The translations under genes and the position numbers were made by a program. 64,000 bases of DNA from a virus: IMG/VR virus record IMGVR_UViG_3300026484_000110; one strand, given 5' to 3'. A model generated the notes under the pieces. It had not been told where the DNA came from and searched no databases. It saw nothing but the letters and a program-made list of their open reading frames with translations. Shown here in pieces: positions 58,490 through 64,000 of this stretch (within the stretch, counting starts at the first letter, position 1; each line of letters starts with the position of its first letter).

Positions 58490-60616
58490 ATGAGTCTTGT
58501 ACAAAACTTATTCGAAAAGATTAAAACAGAACTAAGCGTAAACGGTGCTGATAAAAAACAATCTGCAGCAATGACTGTAGTAGGATTTGAATCAGCAGAT
58601 GAATTCACAAAACAAGCAGCTAGAGACGCAGCAGCTAGTATTGAAAATGCAGTAGTAGCAGCTTTTGAATCTGCTAAGATGGAAGACGGTGTAGATATTA
58701 AAGATCACGTATTAGATGCAGTTAAAAAGGTAGCAGTACTAGCAACTGATCCTGTTACAGTAATTAAAAATCTTTCTAAAAATAGAAGAAATCCTGAAAT
58801 TACAGCAGGTAGTGAAGCAGTTACTATTGATTCTACAATCTTTGATGCAGATGATGCAATTGGTGTTGGGTATGAAGCATTTGATGGTCAAAACGTAACA
58901 CCTAGTATTCATTTCTCAGTATTATACAATGCTATGGTGATGCAACAAGATGATGTAGTAGAACTATTCTTCCCAATTATACCTATCGATCCAAAATCAA
59001 GTGGTGCTACTGTATCAATGGTAATCGATAGCGTAATGAGAGAAGTTACTAGAACAGTTGATGGTAATGTAAATAAACCTAAATTCGATAAAACACCATT
59101 AGTTAAAATCGTAAATGATCCAGATAAAATTGACGTAGATAAAAACAGATTAGTACCAGTACTAAGAGACCAAAATAAAACTAAATTTGTAGATACACTT
59201 TCTGAAACAGTAAATTACAATGGTGAGACCGTAACAACAGCACCTCTTAAAGTAAATGAAGAAGTAAACCTATTGTCAATTTCACAAACTGATAGCATGT
59301 TAGCTAGAGGTGTAATGGATGAAACTGATGCATTGGATGCAAATGTTAGAATTCTTGGACTATACGCTAGTCTAACAGGTAAAGATAGTGAAGGTAATGA
59401 AGTAACTGAGCAATTCAGATTTGATTTATCACAATTACCAGCTCACTTCACATATAGTACTAGAGACCATAACAAAGACATTATTCTTGGACTAGACACT
59501 GATAGTCTTGCTATGGTATTTGGAGAAACTAAAACAGCTCAAGGTGCAGATAGTGTGGTATTAGGTAATCTACCAGAAGGTTATACAGCTAAACTTAGAC
59601 TAGTATTGAATGGTGCGGGTAATACTCAATACGGTGACGTAGCTGTATATGTAAACAAATTAGAACTTGTTAGTGTATATGATGCAGCTGGAAGAGAACT
59701 TCCTAAAACATCTGATGTTTATAGCGATGTTAAAGCAGTGTTTGATACAATTAAACCACTTGGTTATGATGTAGAAGCATATTTAACGAATACAAACGCT
59801 AGAATGAGAGGATTGATTGTAACTTCTGACAGATATACAGAAGTATTCACAGTACCTTATAGAACTGGTATTACTATTCAAACACCAGTAGTTATTAATG
59901 GTGACGACGGTGACCTACAATATTTGAATTCACAAATCAATGCTGGTAGAGCTAAAATGAATATGGCTGGATTTAAAGTATTAACAGGAGTAATCGATTA
60001 TCTAAGATCAACAGACAGAATTGATCCACAAATGACTGGTCTAAGTACTAAACTAGTAAACAAATTCTTTGTAGAAGAAACACTAGACCTTACTAAACTA
60101 GTAGATTCTCTAAACAGTAATACTAGAGAAGAAGATGTAAGAAAAGCGTTAACATTAAAAATTAAAAATGCAGCAATCAGAGCTTATCTAGAATCAAATT
60201 ACGGAATAGCTCTAAGTACATTAAGACCTGATTTAAAACCAACAATCATCATTGGTACTGATCCTATTATAGGTGCATTCCTACTAGGAAACGGTGGTAT
60301 CGAAAATGATGCACAGTTTAATTATGAAATTAGAACATCTGTAAACCCAATGATGAGAGGTAAAATCGTATTCTCATTTGGTGTATTCGATGGTAACAGA
60401 AATAAAGAACCTAATGCACTAAACTTTGGTCAGTGTTTCTGGTCTCCTGAAATTGTAATTAACGTACTTAAAACAGTTAATGGATCAACTAGAAGCGAAC
60501 TTACTACAATGCCAAGATTTAGACATGTAGCTAACCTACCAATCGTAGGAGTATTTAACGTTACTAATGTTGAGTCTGTATTGGGTAAACTAGCAGTAAA
60601 TACAAAAACAGTTTAA
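58490..60616 (+). CDS. Major capsid protein (phiKZ gp120-like)
   Basis: 708 aa, propeptide with VGFE/AAFE/VGYE, QQDDVVELFFP, TAPL, NFGQCFWSPE, PRFRHVANLP. Confidence 0.92.
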   Translation: MSLVQNLFEKIKTELSVNGADKKQSAAMTVVGFESADEFTKQAARDAAASIENAVVAAFESAKMEDGVDIKDHVLDAVKKVAVLATDPVTVIKNLSKNRRNPEITAGSEAVTIDSTIFDADDAIGVGYEAFDGQNVTPSIHFSVLYNAMVMQQDDVVELFFPIIPIDPKSSGATVSMVIDSVMREVTRTVDGNVNKPKFDKTPLVKIVNDPDKIDVDKNRLVPVLRDQNKTKFVDTLSETVNYNGETVTTAPLKVNEEVNLLSISQTDSMLARGVMDETDALDANVRILGLYASLTGKDSEGNEVTEQFRFDLSQLPAHFTYSTRDHNKDIILGLDTDSLAMVFGETKTAQGADSVVLGNLPEGYTAKLRLVLNGAGNTQYGDVAVYVNKLELVSVYDAAGRELPKTSDVYSDVKAVFDTIKPLGYDVEAYLTNTNARMRGLIVTSDRYTEVFTVPYRTGITIQTPVVINGDDGDLQYLNSQINAGRAKMNMAGFKVLTGVIDYLRSTDRIDPQMTGLSTKLVNKFFVEETLDLTKLVDSLNSNTREEDVRKALTLKIKNAAIRAYLESNYGIALSTLRPDLKPTIIIGTDPIIGAFLLGNGGIENDAQFNYEIRTSVNPMMRGKIVFSFGVFDGNRNKEPNALNFGQCFWSPEIVINVLKTVNGSTRSELTTMPRFRHVANLPIVGVFNVTNVESVLGKLAVNTKTV

Positions 60617-60619
60617 TAC

Positions 60620-60647
60620 TACTTAGAGTCCAAATGGACTCTAAGTA
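60620..60647 (+). terminator. Hairpin terminator after MCP
   Basis: tacttagagtcc-aaat-ggactctaagta. Confidence 0.75.
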
Positions 60648-60701
60648 AAATATTTTTTCCTTAGAATACTTTGAAACATTACAATAATATAAGGAGATAT
60701 A

Positions 60702-61400
60702 ATGGGTAGAAGAACAACTAGAACTAGAAAAACTAAAGTAGAAGAACAGGAAATTAAACAAGAAGAGGTAAAAGCAGAAGAAACAGTTGAACAACCTAAA
60801 GAAGAACAACCTGCACCTGTAGAAGAGGAAACTAAAAAAGAGCAACCTAAACAAAATAAACCAAAAAATAAAAAAATAGATATCGAATCTTTGGATACAA
60901 ATAATCCTCAATATGTAGAAGCCGTTCTAACAGAGAGTAAAAGTCTAGATGATTTACTAGATAAACTTAGAAAATCACCGCTAACTAAATTAATAGCTGG
61001 TAGATTAAAAGCGTATATAGACGCGATGGGTACAAGCAAAGTATTAAATCCGAAAGATGGTGCAGCTAAAAACTATGAAATGTATAATTTAATTATCAGT
61101 ATAGCTAAGAATCCAGACTATAATAAATTCCAATTACAATTTAAAGTATTGAATAAAGCATTCCTTTTAGGTAGAAAAGGTGTGTTTAGTCCTATTAATC
61201 TAAGTAGATACGATTTTGAATGGAGATGGGGATTAAAATCTAAATCTCAATATGAAAAATTGGTAGAATTAATTACTACATTAGCTAATCCAGGTAATAG
61301 AAAACAAATTGGTAAAACAATTAGTTTAGAAAGTGCGCTATCTGATTTACCAGAAGCAGCCAGAGAAAACATTACTAGATTCTATACAACAAATAGTTAA
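60702..61400 (+). CDS. Conserved phiKZ-like protein with a low-complexity N-terminus
   Basis: Basic MGRRTTRTRKTK, EEQPK-rich linker, globular C-terminus, position after MCP. Confidence 0.65.
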   Translation: MGRRTTRTRKTKVEEQEIKQEEVKAEETVEQPKEEQPAPVEEETKKEQPKQNKPKNKKIDIESLDTNNPQYVEAVLTESKSLDDLLDKLRKSPLTKLIAGRLKAYIDAMGTSKVLNPKDGAAKNYEMYNLIISIAKNPDYNKFQLQFKVLNKAFLLGRKGVFSPINLSRYDFEWRWGLKSKSQYEKLVELITTLANPGNRKQIGKTISLESALSDLPEAARENITRFYTTNS

Positions 61401-61431
61401 TACATACTAGGGATAAACCCTAGTATGTATT
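61399..61431 (+). terminator. Hairpin terminator with T-rich tail
   Basis: aatacatactaggg-ataaa-ccctagtatgtatt. Confidence 0.8.
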
Positions 61432-61495
61432 TTATTTTTTTTCTAATTTTTTATAATAATATATTATTTAGTTAGTGAAGATGAAAGGAGATGAC

Positions 61496-62572
61496 ATGGT
61501 GGTAGATGATAAGATAATATCAGAAACATTTAATACTGAAGTAGAACAAAGAATCTTTCCAAAACCAACAATTCCACTACATACTGATGTAAATCCATTA
61601 GTAACGAAGATGGAAAGATTCGGCATAAATTATGGTAAACCACACCATCGAATGTATGTATATACAAATGTAGACGATAGAAGATTTTATTTTCTTAGAG
61701 ATGGTATGCTTTTACCAGTAGAATATAATTATGATTTAAACAATCTTATACCCAAGAAAAAAGATATGAGTAATGAAGGAATATTTGTAATCAGATACTA
61801 TACCATTTATGAAAAATCTATACAGTTAATTTTAAAGATTTTGGATTACCACAAGAATGTAAGTAAATTACTGAGACCTGAAGTAAAGAAGTACGTAATT
61901 GAAGAATTAGAAAATATACTAAAGAATTTTAACGAACAAAGTTATGAAATTAGTATTAGATTAATCGATTTTATACCATTGGAATTATTAACATCTACTA
62001 CATTAGTGGAATATACAGAAACAAACATGATATTTAGCGATAGCGTAGAAAATTTCGAGTTAATATCTAATCAATCTACTAAATTATTCGATACAGTAGT
62101 GGAAGTAGATACTGGAAATAAACTACTTTTGGAGATAGAATTTAATAGTAGAGCAAGTGAGGATAGGAGATATCTGAAAATATTAGGAGACGTGATGGAA
62201 ATTCGTCCTAATGTTTCAGATGTTAAACATCCTCAAGTACGTGTAGCATATTATAGAGATGGATACAAAATAAGAGAACGTTTAATTCTCAATACAGATG
62301 ATCCATTTAAAGAGTTATACGAAAATAAAAGTGATGTGAATAATGACGATTTGATTAGTCAAGTAGTAGATAGAGTAAAGCTCTCTACTGAAGTAGTAGC
62401 TGAAAGAATTAAACATGTTAGAGAATTAAGAGAGTATTTGATAAAAGAGAATTTACAATTATATAAGTTAATGGAACAATTAGTAAAAAATGAAACAGCA
62501 ATAAATGCGTTAGAACGTAGTAGCTTAAAAGACTTTACAGAATCTCTTAAGCTACTAAAAGGTATACTATAA
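61496..62572 (+). CDS. Early conserved protein (phiKZ gp122-like position)
   Basis: tatattatt motif at ~61460, AAAGGAG RBS before ATG 61496. Confidence 0.65.
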   Translation: MVVDDKIISETFNTEVEQRIFPKPTIPLHTDVNPLVTKMERFGINYGKPHHRMYVYTNVDDRRFYFLRDGMLLPVEYNYDLNNLIPKKKDMSNEGIFVIRYYTIYEKSIQLILKILDYHKNVSKLLRPEVKKYVIEELENILKNFNEQSYEISIRLIDFIPLELLTSTTLVEYTETNMIFSDSVENFELISNQSTKLFDTVVEVDTGNKLLLEIEFNSRASEDRRYLKILGDVMEIRPNVSDVKHPQVRVAYYRDGYKIRERLILNTDDPFKELYENKSDVNNDDLISQVVDRVKLSTEVVAERIKHVRELREYLIKENLQLYKLMEQLVKNETAINALERSSLKDFTESLKLLKGIL

Positions 62573-62618
62573 TTTTTGTAAAATTCATTATATATTGTAG
62601 ACCATAAAAGGAGTAAAA

Positions 62619-64000
62619 ATGAATTTAAATAAACGCGTATTCAAACACACTGAGAGTAAATCAAAATTTAATCCCCAAGTCGTAAGCGGTATGGGTAAAC
62701 TTTATTTAGATAAAGTACCTGAATATTTAGATAGTATTATTAGGACTGGTGTAGCTAACCTAATACCAGAAATACCATTCAGTTACAATGGATGGAGATA
62801 CCTATCTCCAGAAGAGGACTTTCATGACCAATTCAAATCTAGTAGTAGTAAAAATAGTATTGACGTAGCTAAAAACACACTGTATAAAATTGAATTCAGT
62901 TTTGAATTCAATGGACAAGAATTAAAAAGAGTATTACTACTACCATATGTAGAAAAAGGTAGCATAATGTATCTATCTGATGCTATATATTCAGTAGTCC
63001 CTGTGCTAACAGAATATGTCGTATATCCTACAAATAAAGAAGTCTTTGTAAGGCTATTGAAAGATAAATTAATATTTAAAAGAATGGAAAGAAATATTTT
63101 AATAGACGGAGTAAAAACACCTGTGCCAGTAATTCATAGTAGAGCTTATAAATTCACACAAGGAGTAAACGATAAGGTACCTATGGCGTTATATCTATTT
63201 GTTAGAAACGGTTTTTATGGTGTGTTTGAAAAGTATTTTAATACTAAACCAATTATAAAAGGACCAGACGACATGGTCACTGATAAAGAAAGAGAAAAAT
63301 ATACAGTGTTTGAGTCTACTGGTGTAAAACCTAGAATTCTACACGATCCAAATTATAGACCACATGGTATCAAAATTTTAGTAGAAAAAGATAAAGTAAA
63401 TCCATTTATGGAATCAGTAATAGGTGGATTAATTTATAGCTTTGATTTAATAAATGTATTTTCTAGACATTTACCAGATATATTAACAGGTAAGTCTAGA
63501 ATGGATGAAAATACATTTTGGAGAGTATTACTGGGTAAAGTAATATTTAGAAACAAGTATACCCAAGATAAAATATTAAATGCTATGCAGGAATATATAA
63601 GTGTAATTAATACTTATATAGATCCTATTATTGATGCTAAACTAAAAGAATCCGGAATTGTAATAGAAGACTTTTATGACTTGGTAGCTTATATTATTAA
63701 GAATTATAACGAACTAGTAATTAATTCAGAAAGGAGGAGCTCTAATTTAGAATTTAGATATATAGATGTGATATATTATCTAATGTTTGAAATCATTGCA
63801 GGTATAAATAAAATCTTTTATGGAATAAATAAGGAATATACCAAAAAGGGTGATAAATTAAGTTTAAGAGATATTGAGAACTTGTTTAACAAACATTTGA
63901 CTAGTAGGAAAATATTTAGTTTAATCAAAGGAGCTACTAACTTGGCATTAATGCCTATTGATTATTCTGGAGATAACTATTATCCTAAAATTACTGCTAT
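62619..64000 (+). CDS. rpoB: Non-virion RNAP beta subunit, N-terminal half (phiKZ gp123-like), truncated by the window end
   Basis: My translation: MNLNKRVFKH...GWRYLSPEEDF...LLLPYVEKG...SVVPVLTEY..FVRLLKDK. Early-like motif at 62584-62598. Not in the ORF track because it has no stop in the window. Confidence 0.8.
   Translation, partial: MNLNKRVFKHTESKSKFNPQVVSGMGKLYLDKVPEYLDSIIRTGVANLIPEIPFSYNGWRYLSPEEDFHDQFKSSSSKNSIDVAKNTLYKIEFSFEFNGQELKRVLLLPYVEKGSIMYLSDAIYSVVPVLTEYVVYPTNKEVFVRLLKDKLIFKRMERNILIDGVKTPVPVIHSRAYKFTQGVNDKVPMALYLFVRNGFYGVFEKYFNTKPIIKGPDDMVTDKEREKYTVFESTGVKPRILHDPNYRPHGIKILVEKDKVNPFMESVIGGLIYSFDLINVFSRHLPDILTGKSRMDENTFWRVLLGKVIFRNKYTQDKILNAMQEYISVINTYIDPIIDAKLKESGIVIEDFYDLVAYIIKNYNELVINSERRSSNLEFRYIDVIYYLMFEIIAGINKIFYGINKEYTKKGDKLSLRDIENLFNKHLTSRKIFSLIKGATNLALMPIDYSGDNYYPKITA

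Noticed and set aside
646-61431. CRISPR array or mini-array among the repeated palindromes
   Set aside because: The hairpins are dispersed, non-identical and not separated by regular spacers.
1-64000. Genome-wide stop-codon reassignment (TAG recoding) suggested by the amber at 23071
   Set aside because: Long core genes are intact under the standard code, and TAG cleanly ends genes at hairpins (654-656, 1343-1345, 6995-6997, 25489-25491).

Overview
AT-rich segment of a phiKZ-like jumbo phage genome (probably Chimalliviridae), standard genetic code, AAGGAG-type RBSs. Left to right it contains: a MazG-like gene, a ~54% GC highly structured non-coding island (2321-2520), the polymerase-domain subunit of a split family-B DNA polymerase, a small nucleotide/anti-defence block (hidden ORF, dNMP kinase, DUF2829/Tad2-like fusion), baseplate/tube-like genes, an array of seven internal head (ejection) protein paralogues with G-[FYLN]-E propeptide sites (one interrupted by a single amber codon), SbcD, an SSB-like gene, the non-virion RNAP block (gp68-like subunit, PicA/Imp1-like, beta, beta-prime), an SF2 helicase, an ATP-dependent ligase, accessory early cassettes, the prohead protease, DnaB, the major capsid protein and the start of the second nvRNAP beta subunit. 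TATATTA(C/T)T early-promoter motifs and about 20 intergenic hairpins punctuate the window. No tRNA, CRISPR array, intein or chimallin gene was recognised. Family calls and phiKZ gp numbers come from motif recognition and recalled gene order, not database searches. The host cannot be determined from this window.
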